Counted from the stretch's first letter, positions 1 to 14,010 are shown. The stretch is 64,000 nucleotides of DNA from Takakia lepidozioides (GCA_030704615.1 CM060733.1:22072001-22136000); one strand, 5' to 3'. The notes: generated by a model not told the origin, from the sequence alone. Program-made: numbers and translations.

Positions 1-632
1 CAGCAAGTCAAGCCAGATGATTTCACTCACTGTCAGGCAAAGTTGTAGGAGAAATTTGAGAAATAATTAGGGCAACTACATGTGAGCGCCTCATATTCCC
101 AACTGGCATGGTCACAGAAGGAGGATAGAAATTCTGCTGCCTGGCGTGTGATGAGTGCGCGAGGGAAAAGAAGGTGGCGGCAGCGATGGCGGTGGAGCAG
201 CGACGAAGAAGATGGTGGCAGGAACACAGGCATGTAGCTCTCTGCGCACGATGCTGCGACACGCTCACAAGCTTCGCCAGCGCGCGCGCGCACACACTGC
301 AACACTTCCGCAGCGCCCATCACTGCTCCACACCAGCATGCCAACCCCGGAATCATTAAGCCTGCACCCTTCCAAATTGCTTTGCCAGGAAGCTCCAACT
401 TGGTCACTCCCTGCACCTCCTTCATGACCTTCACTTTTCTGTGGACAACTCAACTGGGTCATTCACAATTCCATAAGTTGAGGAGCTGCAAATTGCAGTT
501 CACTTTCCACACTTTCCCGGTGTAATATATTTTTTGACCTCTAAAATATCCCCCAACTGATGTTCAGTACTTACTCTTTTCACAGGAAACCCAGTTCCTG
601 AGGCACCAGTGGTGTTTCCTTGGAATTCTTTT

Positions 633-813
633 TAGAAAAAAAGGAAACCTATTAGCAACAGCTCACATTTCAGGCCCTCTACAGAACAGGGGAGATTGAA
701 GGCATACAGGAGAACCATCCCCACCAGGCAGGAAACCATAGGACAAGGTAGCAGGATTTGAGCCCCAAACCACCAGTTTTAACACCGAGATTACTCTCCA
801 ACTCAGCTGCTGG
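633..813 (-). mobile_element. tRNA-derived SINE (diverged)
   Basis: Minus strand: CAGCTGAGTTGG (A box) ... GGCTCAAATCC (B box) ... GGGCCTGAAATGTGAGCTGT...TTTCCTTTTT; tail shared with the 40-42 kb copies. Confidence 0.6.
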
Positions 814-1610
814 TTATTTTCTTCAATTACATTGGAATAATCATCTGTATTTTAAAATATATGAGATATAAAATGATTCCTTACTGATGAGAATGAGAAT
901 TAGAAAAATGACAGAAAAACAGAAAAATGAGAATTAGTTGATGGTGAATCCAGCCCAAAAACAATCTACCTGCACCCACTGGGGACAAGTGTGATGACAT
1001 TGAGGCGATGTGAATGAGGAATCGTTCCGACTCCTTCTTTCCAGCGTCTGAAGAAAGACATGTCTGGCATGAAGAATCCCAGGACACACCCCCAACTCAG
1101 ACCCCCCAGATCCCAAGACTTTCTCTGAAGATTCAATTGCAGCCCTTGGCAATGCAAAGGGGCCAGGGTAAGTTGACCTATCTTTTTCCCTTTTTCTTTT
1201 CGAGCTATCTTGCAGGCACAATAACAGCGCTATTTTTTACTGTCTACATGTCAACGGTTGTCGCAAGCCCCACACAGCAATCTCGCATATCTACCCCCTC
1301 CGGGTTATGTGTGATCATATACAGTACTAGTAGAGCAAATCTTAGATGGCAAATCTCGAGAAATCTCAAGGCCAAAGTAAACCGATACAACAAGAACAAC
1401 AACAAAGATGCAGTTTCCGACGCAAATTCCAAGGGCACGGCCGGGCCACTCCCTATAAATAATCCCCAACGGCGTCCCGTTCCCGAAGCACCGGCGCCGA
1501 AACCTCCCGAGGCACGCCCTCCATGACGCCCTCCCCCACGCTCCGTTTATTGGTCGCCGTCACCGCCTCCCTAATTTAGCCACACTCCACACCCTCGCGC
1601 TTCCGCTCCG

Positions 1611-1770
1611 CTAAATACAGCGCACGCCTTCAATGCATCCCAATACTCGGCTAAATTTATCGCACCCTTTCAATGCGTCCCAATACTCGGCTAAATTTAG
1701 CGCACCCTTTCAATGCGTCCCAATACTCGGCTAAATTTAGCGCACGCCTTCAATGCGTCGCCATACTCGG
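1611..1770. repeat. Tandem repeat, 4 x 40 bp
   Basis: Unit CTAAATTTAGCGCACCCTTTCAATGCGTCCCAATACTCGG at 1611, 1651, 1691 and 1731. Confidence 0.95.
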
Positions 1771-4660
1771 GAGAACCGAGATGCACTCCTCGAAGGAATG
1801 CCGGTGCCAGATACCGGCAACGTGGCCGGCCGGGAATGCGCTGGCCCATACCCGGGCTCACGTGAGGGAGTGGTACCATAGATATTCGGTCGCTTGTGTG
1901 GCCCGTGACTTTTGCAGTGGGACTCGTGTTTATGGAAGGCTGCCGAGGTGTTTGTTTTATTCGCTGGCTGGCCCCGGGAGTCATCATGTGTGAATGTAAT
2001 TCTACTGTGTTTCGTGTTGTGCATTCAAGTCTTGAGTCATCACAGATTGGAGGTTGGAACTTGGGGGAGAGAGGTGAGAGACTTGTTCATAAATGGGGGT
2101 GTTCGTAGAGACGTGAATGTATCCTCCAGCCTTCAAGTGTAACTGAAGGATGTCCGTTTGGTAGGATTTAAGATTGCGAGACATGACACTATATGAAATC
2201 ATGGCTGAGCAGCACTTTAATGCTTTCCAAGTCAAGCTAGCACTTGAAGTTAAGTGGGTGATTGTGCATTTACAGGCGGTGGGCTTGCGGAACAAGCAAC
2301 TTCGCACGCGTCGCACAATCGGGGGGTTCACATCACAACGTCGGTCACAGCACAGCGCACTTTAGCAAAGTATCCCGTCGCACTGTGCCGCCATTAATGC
2401 TTTCGAGGATGCAGGATTGGCTCGAGCTGCGAGCACGGTCTCGACTCAACTGATCTCAAGTGCCTGTTTTCAAGGTTGCTTACTTACTGAGCGCCAAACC
2501 TGTCTCAGAGTCCCACAGAAGCGCTCATATCCCACCACCTGGAATCACTGAACTGCCCCTCCACTAATGCCTGCGAGGATACAGGAACGGGAGTCGGGCC
2601 ACTGCCCCACACAAGAAGCAAAGACGAAGGCGCATTCAATGCCTTCTGGCAAGCTCTGTTGCTCATCACGAGACTTGAGAACCGCGACCGAATACTTAAG
2701 TAGCAAATGACAAAGCCCAGTCAAATTTTCACTCAAATCCAACTTCCATTTCCGCACAGGAATTTTGAACGCTCCAACGATGGCACTGCAGCGCAACGTT
2801 TATGACCGCAACACGCCAGAGCGGCAGGTCACCGTTGCCTGACAATCTGCCCGCAAACATTCCAGGCCAACAGTGCCCAGGCGTACTTGCCCTGTACCCG
2901 CCTTTACTACCCCCCTTCCCGCCGACATCCCGGGCGCCTTTAGATTCACCCGCCACGTGGGCCGAAGTACATTCATCCATTTGCTCCTCATTCCCACGCT
3001 GCGCTCGCGAGAATTGCTAATGCGGTCTCCAGCATCGTTAACTTCACAATTTCTCACAAAGTTTAGGCCATCCGCCCGTGATATTATTGTTGCGGAATAC
3101 GCAAATAGTGGGCCAGTTCCCAAATTCCAATTGGAACCTCCTGTGTCAGCCCAAACATTCTGCGCAGAATTCCTTCTGATGGGGATGAGTGTTGCGCGGA
3201 ATCCTGCGTTAGCTCTTATGGAATCCCTGCCAGTTGATCTAACTTGGAAGACACGGCCTTTAAAAATCTCAAGAAATAAATAAAAAATGAACGACAGGGT
3301 GGCCCACCTCTTGTTGGGTATTCGAGTCATGACGTGATCACATTTAATGTAACCGACAAACGACTGGAATTCCAGAACGATATAGTTTGAGCTTTGGTCC
3401 TGTTGACTACTAGGGTTTTGAAACCCTAAAACCTGGAATAGGTTCGAAAGTATGTGTGAGAGATAAGATGAATGGACCCCATGATGGGGGCATGTGAAGG
3501 CGTGCCATGTCGGCTGCAACGTGGCAACCCAACGGTTTGCTCGCTTTTGCCAATGTTGTATTGGATGAATGTGGGCTCCCGTTTGGATGAACACTTGTCA
3601 ACTGTCTGCATTGACCAAGTGTAGGTCCGGCTTTACAGTTTTTTTTATTGTTCTTATTAGTCTCCCATTGTCAGTCGTCCAGACAGGACCCAAATTGATT
3701 TTCAGTGTTAATGCTTTTCCTCTACTCTTTTCACCTTGCGATGTGGGTACATCAATCATTTGTTTGTTCAGTTTGCAGGTTCGAAATCTGATCTGTATGA
3801 TGAGGAGCAGGTGAGAGGACGCAGGAGAGAGGAGCATTGATTCATGGTTTACTGGCATTCACTCCAAGTGATGATAAATTACTTGCTGCATTAGTATATA
3901 ACTAGGGCCAAGCGCTTCCGCAATTAGACAGCTTGTAGAGCAAATGTGTGTATGTATAGCAAGCCTGTTGAGGAGGGTAGTAATGGGAGTATGTAAGTAG
4001 CGTGTTGTGGGCAGGGATATGGGCAATCAGCACGCACTCGTGTACATTGGGATTTGCACCAGATATGGCCACCTACTCTACATATATGTGAATTATCATC
4101 CCTAAACTGAGTTCCGAGCTAAATCTTACTCGAATTATATTGTATCATTATATAAAGTAAAAATGTTTCAAATGAATCTACATCACCACGCATAGGAAAA
4201 CCGAAGGTACTGCCAAGGGCCATCCTACTGGCAGTGGAAATGTAAGGAATTGCAGTGAATATGAGAGGTTGAATGATGGTCTTGAAAATGCTTGGCGGAG
4301 CTACTCGAAAGCAAGGAAAATAATGTTGCAGGAGGTCGTGAGGCACTCAATAGTGGGAAATACGGTTATTCGGTTACAAAAACAGTCATTCTTTCACAAA
4401 ATACTTGGCCGCTCCCGCTCAAGTGGAGGCTGCAGGGCGTAACTTTTGAGATAAAAACTATTAGGAGAATAGTTCTTTTTTAATCTCTACAAGAAGGAAG
4501 CAACCAAACAAAATATGAGATCATTTGTTCCGCCCCTGAGGAATTGGGTGGTGGGTTTTGTGCATGCAAATCACCCAACTAAGTCAAGCTAAGCCGGATA
4601 TGACTGATATGATATGATTATGAATTTAGCGTGTACTAATCAGAGCAGCTGTGAATTTAA

Positions 4661-5525
4661 CCCCTAAGGGCCGTTGGGCAAATTTCATCCCCCAAAAAAG
4701 TGACATCTGGCAAGTTAATTGAGGCTACACACCTACATGTTACATCCAAAAAAAATAAACCTTACCAGATTCATCTTAGCTACCATGTACATCATCTCAT
4801 CTCAACAAATTTGCGGAGAAAGTCTCCATATGACTAGACATACTTCACCGCTTTAGTAGGGGGGTTTTTTTTTTTTGCAAAGTATGAAATTTGAGCTTTG
4901 ACCAGGCTATTTGAGTGATGGGTTGATTTTTCTTGCTTCTGCCTTCCACATAGGAAATTTGGTATGGTATCCTACTGTGAAAATTTCCAGCCAAACAACA
5001 TTTTTTTATTAGGGTCCTTTGTATGTGTTCGACGAGAGTCAAAAAAAAAAAAAAAAAAAAAAACTTCCATAGCTTGGTATTTTAAGCTGAGCCCATTCCA
5101 AAAATTGACCCATTGATGACGAGACGTTTTACTCAATCCCTCTGGCGAGGGTGTGGAATGCACTGCAATAGTGAGCGCGGTCAAAACAAATTTTAGATCC
5201 AAGGGTAGAACTTATAAAAGCTACCACCAGAAACTCTACATGGATACTCCTGCATGCTCCAATTTCAGGACGCATGCGTTTCTTAAAAATTTACAGGTCG
5301 GAAAATTTGGTAAAACTAGTGTCAATCTGAGTAATAAAATATCTCCAAGGCCACTATCCCCTGTTCCTTTATAAAAAAACCAAAAAAAAGAAAGTGAGAA
5401 GGTGGGCCATGTTGTCAGAAATGTAAATGCAGTTGAAACCTTTAAAAAATATTAAAATCTGCAAAAAGTATATAGAAAAATCCAATATAAAAAACTCGGA
5501 AACGGGTCTCGTGGGCCCTCAAGGG
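4661..5525. mobile_element. piggyBac-like non-autonomous element
   Basis: TTAA|CCCCTAAGGGCC ... GGCCCTCAAGGG|TTAA; TTAA TSD, CCC/GGG termini, 10/12 TIR match, AT-rich non-coding interior. Confidence 0.6.
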
Positions 5526-5861
5526 TTAAGTCGATAAACCATATCAAACTTTGAGGACGTGCTGGCCGCTCGCTTCTGGAAATAGAATAAGAATCCCAGA
5601 ATCCCTTGCGGGTTTACTAACAACACAGACTTCTACCACGTCAACCACATATTCCATCTTACACATGTATTATAAAATATGGATTCCAGCACCACGCATA
5701 TGGGGCTCTCAAGTTTGTGTGGCCACACAGTAATGAGGTCTCCAGATTGATAGATAGGTACACTGTTTTTCAAGGCAGCAGCAGGATTGGCAAGTGCAGG
5801 TTACGCACAAGATCTGATTCTATTCTCATCCCAGTGCCAGCTTTCAGTTTCCAGGAATTCC

Positions 5862-6451
5862 TGTTAGGATATTTGAATTAGCATGATTTTAGCACTATCT
5901 ATTCGTGCTATCATGATGGCCCAGTTGTTAAGAGTGATATGGCATGATGGGCATTACCGCGTAACACAAAGTGCAGGCCAGGCATGTTAGCTCATAAGAG
6001 TTGGGAGCTGAAGCCCCACGGTGGAGGGTACAGTATGCCTTGTAGGTGGGCCAGTCCAGTTATCGTGAATCCTGTACAGCTCTCCATATATAAAGGGCCC
6101 CATCATCCATCTTGTGTGCCTCACCCTCACCTCACCAGTTGTTCGTTGCAGGAGTTGGGCACAACAAGGACACGAATCCCTTAGTTTTGTAAAAGAATGA
6201 TCAACGTCCTCAAGCAAGCTGGCTAGTACAGCTTCCAGTTGGTTGTGATCGGTTGAAGCAAGCTACTTACAATAATAACACACACTACTTCCTCTGATCT
6301 GGACTAGTAGGAAGCTAAGTTGAGGTTGGCAAATTGCTTTCCTTGGTATTGTGTTATTGTATCACCACTGCATGTAGTGGAATCTAAACATGGGCAGCAC
6401 TTGCAAATAGCATGGAAGTTAGAAGGTGCCTAGTAAAGCACAGGTGTGACA
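5862..6451 (+). repeat. Possible LTR of an unrelated family
   Basis: TGTTA...TGACA ends and an internal TATATAAA near 6087; no TSD or partner copy found. Confidence 0.25.
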
Positions 6452-8830
6452 CTTGAGACCGACCGTCGGGATGGGCGGGACCATGACGTGGATTATGATT
6501 CCGTCCTGTTCAGCTGACAATAACAGCCTCCTGTGAACTTTGAATAGTGTGAGCCGGAAAGCTCCTTCTAATCCCCCACGGGCCCATGGGATTCGACAAG
6601 TTTTAGGGACTCTTTCAAATGTGACTTATCCACCGTCGCATTTTAGAATTGGAGAAATCGAAGCAGATCGTAGAAACTGGAAGAAAGTTCAAACCAAAAG
6701 ACTTGATTCGAAGGCTTCCAAGAAATTTTGAACGGACGCGCTTGCAGGGTGCGGTCAAGGTCAGGAGATTTCTCCAATATAAGGGGTGCAGAATTGCAGG
6801 GTATATCTGTAGGGTACAAGGGAAACCAGTGACTTGTCCAGTGAGCCTTGCATGGTGGGGCCACTAGGCATGCCAACTGGTATATGTTCACTTATCCAGT
6901 GAGTCACTCGAACGTGGGGCCATCCTTCTATTCTCAGTGGTAATGGTGGCCAGCAGTTTGTAACGAGAACATGATCTTCTTTGCAACGTCTAATAATTCA
7001 ACGTGCACGGTGGGCCTAGTATTTTTGGATGGAGGATAGGATGCCATAGTGAATGAGTTCATGAGCCTTCTGGGAGCCCAAATGGTGGGCCTGAAGAGGT
7101 TGGCTTTTCCTGGAATAAGGGGTTTGGGTTGGGAGTGGACTGGAAATTATGACCGGATATGTATTGAAATGGTGGGGCTGCTTTTTGTTTTCAGCGATAC
7201 GATGTTTCAATTGAGTCCGTAGGAGGTGGGCGGAAGGGGGTTGATGCATGATTAAATCCCAATGAGAAAACTTAGGGGTTAAGAAGGTGGGCCTGTCTTT
7301 TGTCTGGTGTTCGTGGGTCCCAAATGACTAGTGGATGTCCACCTAACCAAGGGAGACAATAGAAAACGATGAATCATGGAGTCTGCGATACTTTTTTTGG
7401 AGAAGCGTCGGTCCAGTGACAATGCTCTTCAAAATCCCAGGCCCCGAATAGGCGTAATAAAGGACTAGAGAATATTGCTTTAGGGAATATATGTTATAAC
7501 ATCACGAATTCGAAGGTAGCAAAACACTTGATGGTGTGCTGTAAAAGTTATCCTAAATATTCTTCTCTTGTGCAAGAATAGAGAGCCTGGTAATGAGCTC
7601 GTAGGGGACACCGTGTTTTAAGAAACACTGACGGCCACGTTGGTGTGTACGTTGTTAACTCCTGCATGCCACATGGGCCTGAATCCGAGAACAACCCGTC
7701 TTGTGCCAAAGATATTTTTGGTGAATAATCACTCTTTTGCTAGATCAGAACACCCAGATATTGCTGAAGTGGGGTCAGTCCCTTGCGGGTACGCCACGGC
7801 AATGGGGCCCATAACCGACGCCCCAATCTCCATGTAAGAGACTTCATTTGTTTCTCATAAGACAGACTGAGTTGCACAGACGTATTTGACACGGACTTTG
7901 TGGCCCCATAAATGCATACTTGTGCAAATGGGGACTGGCCATCCATTTGTGCTTTATTCGCACAGACTCACAGGCTGCCACATACGTAACAACTAACAAC
8001 CCCCCCTACACAGAGCTGTCCTCTCGCAGCTTGCTGGTCCAACATGTGTTCTTCCTGACTTTGGCACCCCGACTTTGGATCCACGTAGAAATCAGTACCT
8101 TTCTCGCATCCTTCCTGCCACAATAATCAGCACCCCGATTGTGGGTGGTGCCATAACCACGAGCATTACACGCAGCCTGCCACATAAGGACGCCATGTCT
8201 GCCAAGCTACAACTCCATACCTGCCTCTACAATCCTGCCTGATTTTCTTACAAACTGGGCACGTGATTCATCGTGCCCTCTGCCACCACTGCTCTGCAAA
8301 GTCTTGCGGAGCTTGCCAACCCACCCCTCCCTCCATTCCTCCCCGCATTTGTCCGCATGATTTGGCTAAACTCGGCGACACCCAGCATGGCTGCAGAACC
8401 GGGGCCCTGGCCACGTGAAGCGGCCGCCCTGGCACCGACGAGATCCCTCGGAAAATCCTGCACCGAAACTGCGTACTACCGCTTCGCTCGGTTTTGATTG
8501 CCACAGAAGCGCCAGGCCCCCACGTGAACGCCGGCCACCCTCCCTACACGAACCCTTGCTGCTCGCCTTCTCCCTCTCTCTCCCCGTCTCCCCTTCGCCT
8601 GTTTCTAAGTAGTTTCTACACATGCTAACGTCGTCCTTTGTCACGCTTGTAATATGGAAGTATGCCATCTGGTCATGTTTGGGTAGTTAAAGATATAGTT
8701 GTAGGATCAAAATAAAGGTTTTACTCATTTTTCAGAAAAGGGCGACAACCACCCAGAGTGAGTCCCTCCCAACGGACTGAAGATGGCCAATCCCCACCGA
8801 GTTTTCCTTTCAACCCAGCCCCAAGAATCT

Positions 8831-8892
8831 AAATGAAATTTTGTATGAAGCATTAGAAATGAAATTTTGTATGAAGCATTAGAAATGAAATT
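8831..8892. repeat. Tandem repeat, ~2.4 x 26 bp
   Basis: Unit AAATGAAATTTTGTATGAAGCATTAG. Confidence 0.9.
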
Positions 8893-10099
8893 CATGTATT
8901 TTATTTTCTTATTTTCTTATTTTCTTAAAAGAAAGGGAAGGAAGTATAGAATCTATATGTGTTTGATATGTCTACATATGTTTATATTTGACATGTTTTT
9001 GATATTCACAGAATGCTTGCGCTATTGTAATTATTGTAAAGATAATCTGGAAGATCAGGAAGAATCCATGACCTGGATCTGCCAATTTTTTGCAACTGGT
9101 ATCCTTTGTGCATTTGTCTAATCTACTGACCCAGTGAACTACATCCTTTTTGTATGTTTTTGTATTTCTATAAATATGGATGAAATATTCCATCTACTTC
9201 TGTCTTGAGAGAATTTGTCACCTCATCCAGGAATATCGGTGCTATATTCAAGAACCCTTTGCTTAGTCTTGCCTTGGGAAGTGGTCAGTGAATCATCCAA
9301 ATAAAATATTATGGATCAAATTCGTTAAAAAGAATAACAAACCTTACATTCATCCACATATAGAACAGGAAAAACACACAAAGAGCATGTGCCCAGTGGG
9401 ATATAACATTTTGTTAAGTCGTTGCAGACCTAGTTCTTGCCAAATTCTCTAAATATGAATTACGGGCCGTCTCTTAAACCAGCCTCTCAGGAATGGAAAT
9501 AAGTTCTGAGAGCTTCTTTAGAAAGTATGGGAAAGACCTTTCTTTAGAGATAGATCTTCACAACTATTTCAAGATATTTTAGATAAATACATAATTTTGC
9601 AAATTTCACTCTAGAAATATTAGGGCTCATGCAAAAATATCTTAAACCAATGAAAGGCTCTGAAAATTGAATTATCTCTCCAAAATCTTTCGTAGATTGC
9701 TTTTGAAAAAAAATTGAAATTTTAAAATTATTTGAAATATTTTCGTAGGTTTTACACATTTGGAAATCAACCGGCTAGACATTCCAAAATATTTAGAGGA
9801 ATCCTAGAAGAAACAACTAGATGAATGTCAACCGTCCAATATTTGAAAAAAAAATCAAATTAAAAGGCTTTGATTCATCTTTCATGAAATTAGTCAAATC
9901 TCATCTAGACCATCAATGTCGAATTAGGAGACCATTAGGATAACGTTTTGGATTTTGTGGAGCTGCAAGGTTGGGTGGAGTCTGAGCAAGCTCGCCTGAC
10001 AGAAATTCCATATATTATGGGAATGAATGAAAAAATACTATGGTGAAAGGAAATAAGTGGTGGTCATGTGAGAAATATTACAAAATTATTTCGAATCTA

Positions 10100-11780
10100 T
10101 CAATACAATCCATCTATACTTTGATTTAAAAACGCCTTTGGTTCCATTGACCGCGCTGACTTCTCGCAATTACGCTAGATCTTGTTTATCATTATGACAT
10201 CGTCACCCTCATCGACAAGATATATACTAAATAGCACCACGGCATACTCCGGATCCTACTTTGGGACAACCCCACCCATCCCTATACTACGGGCCACCAT
10301 TCAAGGAGACATGCTTAGCCCCTATTTATATATCATTTTTTGGGAAATAATGCTCCGATGGTTAGCTAAAGGCAAACTAGGCAACCGATACCGAACCTCT
10401 CCAAGTGAAATCCGCTATTGCTTACGCCGATGACCTTGTTATGTTATCACATAAGCCAATACACCTCAACCGTCAAATATACAAACTAAAGTGATATTTC
10501 AACCAATGATCCGGTATGGAACTTAGTATGCACGAATGCGTCATCACTACAGCCACATACTACAGTAAGCTGACAACATCTGATATATCTACATTATGCA
10601 ATAACACCATTCAATATGAGAACAACCAGTGGACAAACACTCCCCATTTCTTGGGCCCAACGAGCCCTACACATACCTAGGTATTCAATTGGTGGCATTG
10701 CTAACTTGAAAGATACAAAAACATACAACCCTCAATCAATTAACATCCAAAAGCGAAGCCCTCCTGAAATCTCCGTTCTCTATTCGATAAAATCTCTCCG
10801 TCATGCAAACAGTCCTACAACCACAAGTGGACTATGCGTTTCATGTTGCCGCTTTGTTTATCCCAGATATACTCTAATAGATAAACATATTATTTAACTC
10901 ACCAAATGTATCTGCAATCTACCCACTAGCATCCCAAATGTTCTCACTCAACTCCCCCAATATAACTATGGCATAGACTCTAACACACTCACTATCTCAT
11001 ATGCTCACACATTAGGCATTCCACTGCAAGATGCCCTAAATGACTTTGGTAGGCTTGCTCAAATATATTGGGGTCTCCTGAAACACCTATCCTTCAAATA
11101 CAATGGGCTTCACTCCCTTCCACCTATCACCACACACACATGTGTGTACTCATAATCGACAAGGACCTACCAAACTACACAAATCACCCCATTTGAACGC
11201 ATCTGGCTGATCACGAGTCCATTTCTATCCCAGATGGAAGAAGAAAACCCCCATCAGAAATTGGTCTACTTTAAAAACCAACATATCACACACTTAGGTC
11301 ATATTACCACCGCCTCTTGACATAATCCCCCCCCCCCCCCCTCTCCCCCCAGATTCTCCCTCTAATACACTCGCACCACCATCAAAACTGGAAGATATCT
11401 CCAATATCTTCAAGCTTTATTTTGCCACCCCTCTTATGCCTGCACTCTAGATTGCGATCTCCCCTATAAACTCTTCCCACCTAGTCCACAAAGATCGATT
11501 ATCAAAATCCAAAGACATGAAAAAGTGAACCACCTCGCGGTGGAAGGGGCATCCAGCCCACCAATTGATCCCACCACAAACCGCATACACATTGCACACA
11601 CACCCCTTTTCCGGTTTACATACAACAATACCCTAGACCTCCCTGAACCGTGGCGCATCCGTAACTTGGACACTACCCTCGGAAAAGAAGCACACAAGCA
11701 GGCCATGGCATACTGTAAGCTGTTTCCGATGCCCAAATCAAACAAACAACACTATTTTAATTAATTCTGGACTTTTGGCT
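10100..11780 (+). pseudogene. Degenerate non-LTR retrotransposon RT, Dualen/RandI-like
   Basis: NAFGSID, TTPPIPILRATIQGDMLSPYLYIIFWEIMLRWL, AYADDL (near 10420-10437), PNEPYTYLGIQL, ALNDFGRL; many stops and frameshifts. Confidence 0.7.
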
Positions 11781-12099
11781 TAAATCCGGACGAAACTTAA
11801 TATATATTTACATTAAAATTAATTGAAATATTAATAATATCATGGTGTAATGTGTGATTGAACTTTGTGAAATTACAGGTGATGTCATACTTGTTTCAAA
11901 ATGTGTCATATAAGAGGTCCATTTGACATTGAAGTGCTCAATGTGAAGTAACAATATTGAACAATTCATTGAACGTCCCCTTGGAAGTCGAATAATGTAA
12001 TATTCCATTGCAGGATCACGATAAACAAATGGGTCGCATCGAACATCGGCCAGACTCCTACTCTACCATACTTGATACAACTTTGGATGTGACAAGGGC

Positions 12100-14010
12100 A
12101 GTAAAATATTAGAATAGCATGAAACATTCGGAAGAGGTACTAGGGTAGTACAATAAGGTTTGGGGTGTAACTAGAGAGAAGTGCAATAAGGTTTGGGTTT
12201 ACAGTAAGGGTAAGGTTTTAGGGTTTGGATTTAGGGTGCAAAAGGACAAACAAATATGATGGACTCACACTTGGTAGAATTAAGAAATGGTTGAGGAATC
12301 TGATATCTGATATCTCTGTAATCATTCTATCATACCTTATCCAACAAAAGAAAATATTAAAAGAGCATGAAACATAAAGAAGATGTAACATGGTAGTACA
12401 ATAAGGTTTAGAGTGTAACTAGGGTAGTACACTAAAGTTATTGGTTTATGGTAAGATTAATGGTTTAGGGGTGATGGTAAAAGTAGGGTTTTCGGTTTGG
12501 GTTTAAGGTACAAATGGACAAACAAATATGGAAGACTCACACTCGCTAGAACTTGGTGTGTGTTAGTAGGATAAAAAATAAAAAATAAAAATGGATAAAC
12601 AAATATTATGGAAGAGTCATTGGACCGGAGAAGTTTAGATTGAGGATTCGTCCTTGGAACCTGGTATTAAGATACATATGGTTATGGTATGGATACTTCA
12701 TTCCCATTTGCAGGGGAAGGGTAAGGGTTTAGACGTAACAATGGCGTACGGTTTTGTTTAGGGTTTCCGACGAGGGTTTAGGATTTGGGTTGAAGGCAGA
12801 AATGGTGAGCATACATGTCGGAAGACTCGCACTCGCTACAACTTAGTGTGTGTTAGTAAGATACAAAATGAGAATTTGGATATAACATTGAAGATTTTGA
12901 TAACCATAATGGTTATGGTATGGATAGTTGATTCCCATTTGCAAAGGCAAGGGTAAGGGTTCTGAAGTAATGGGTTAAGGGTAAATGTTTAGTGTTTTAT
13001 AGTAAGCTTGGTTTAGGGTAGGGATTTAGGGTTTTTGTTTAAGTTACAAAATAGACCAACACTTACGGAAGACTCCAGTCGCTACAACTTAGTGTTGTTA
13101 GTAAGGTAGTTAGCAAAATAAAAATGAAGAACCTAATATTATAGAAGTGTAGTCATTGCATCAGACAAGTATTTAAATGAAAGATTCGTCCTTGGAACCT
13201 GGTATTAAGATACATAGAAAGCAAAGTTCGATAAAATAAAATAAAAATAAGTGCATGTAAATCCAAACCAAAGGCAAAACTTTGTGCAAAGTGAAGGGTG
13301 AAGAGATTTGAATAACCATAATAATTATGGTTATGGTATGGATACTTCATTCACATTTGCAGGAGAAGGATAAGGGTTTTGTTTAGGATTTCCCACCAGG
13401 GTTTAGGTTTGGGTTGAAGGCAGAAATGGTGAGCATACATGCCGGAAGACTCGCACTTGCTACAACTTAGTGTGTGTTAGTAGGATACAAAATAAAAATT
13501 TGGATACATTGAAGAGATTTGGATAACCAAAATGGTTATGGTTATGGTATGGATAGTTGATTCCCATTTGCAAAGGGAAGGGAAAGGGTTCTGGGGTATT
13601 GGGTTAAATATTGGGTAAATATTTAGGATTTTATAGTAAGGGTTTAGGGTAGGGGTTTAGGGTTTTTGTTTAAGTTACAAAATAGACAAACACGTATGGA
13701 AGTCTCCAGTCGCTAGAACTTAGTGTTGTTAGTAGGGTACTAGTAAGCAAAATAAAAATGAAGAACCTAATATTATGGACAAGTATTTAAATGAAAAACT
13801 CGTCCTTGGAACCTGGTATTAAGATGTAACATAGAAAGCAAACTGTAACATGCCTAAGTGCATGTTAATAAAATAAAAAAATAAAAAACTAGCGCAAATG
13901 TGAAGGGAGAAGACATTTCAACAACCATAATGGTTATGGTTATGGCATGAATAGTTCATGGGCCATTTGCAGAAAAGAGTAAGGTTTAGAGGTAATGCTA
14001 ACATAAAAAG
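12100..14010. repeat. Degenerate satellite (~250-380 bp sub-units, ~620 bp higher-order unit) with telomere-like GGGTTTA motifs
   Basis: GAAGACTC..CGCTA.AACTT.GTGT.TGTTAGTA recurs near 12261, 12531, 12821, 13067, 13444 and 13698; TCGTCCTTGGAACCTGGTATTAAGAT recurs near 12648, 13185 and 13800. Confidence 0.8.

Noticed and set aside
23-462. ORFs at the window start
   Set aside because: Overlapping low-complexity ORFs without recognisable homology.
1611-1770. 40-bp repeats as a CRISPR array
   Set aside because: Units abut with no unique spacers; eukaryotic context and no cas genes.
6460-8735. Mutator- or Sola-like element on the minus strand
   Set aside because: TIR-like texture near 8700, but no partner TIR, TSD or transposase motif found.
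12261-13740. Conserved boxes with variable intervals as a CRISPR-like array
   Set aside because: The intervening sequences are homologous to each other and hundreds of bp long, so this is a satellite.
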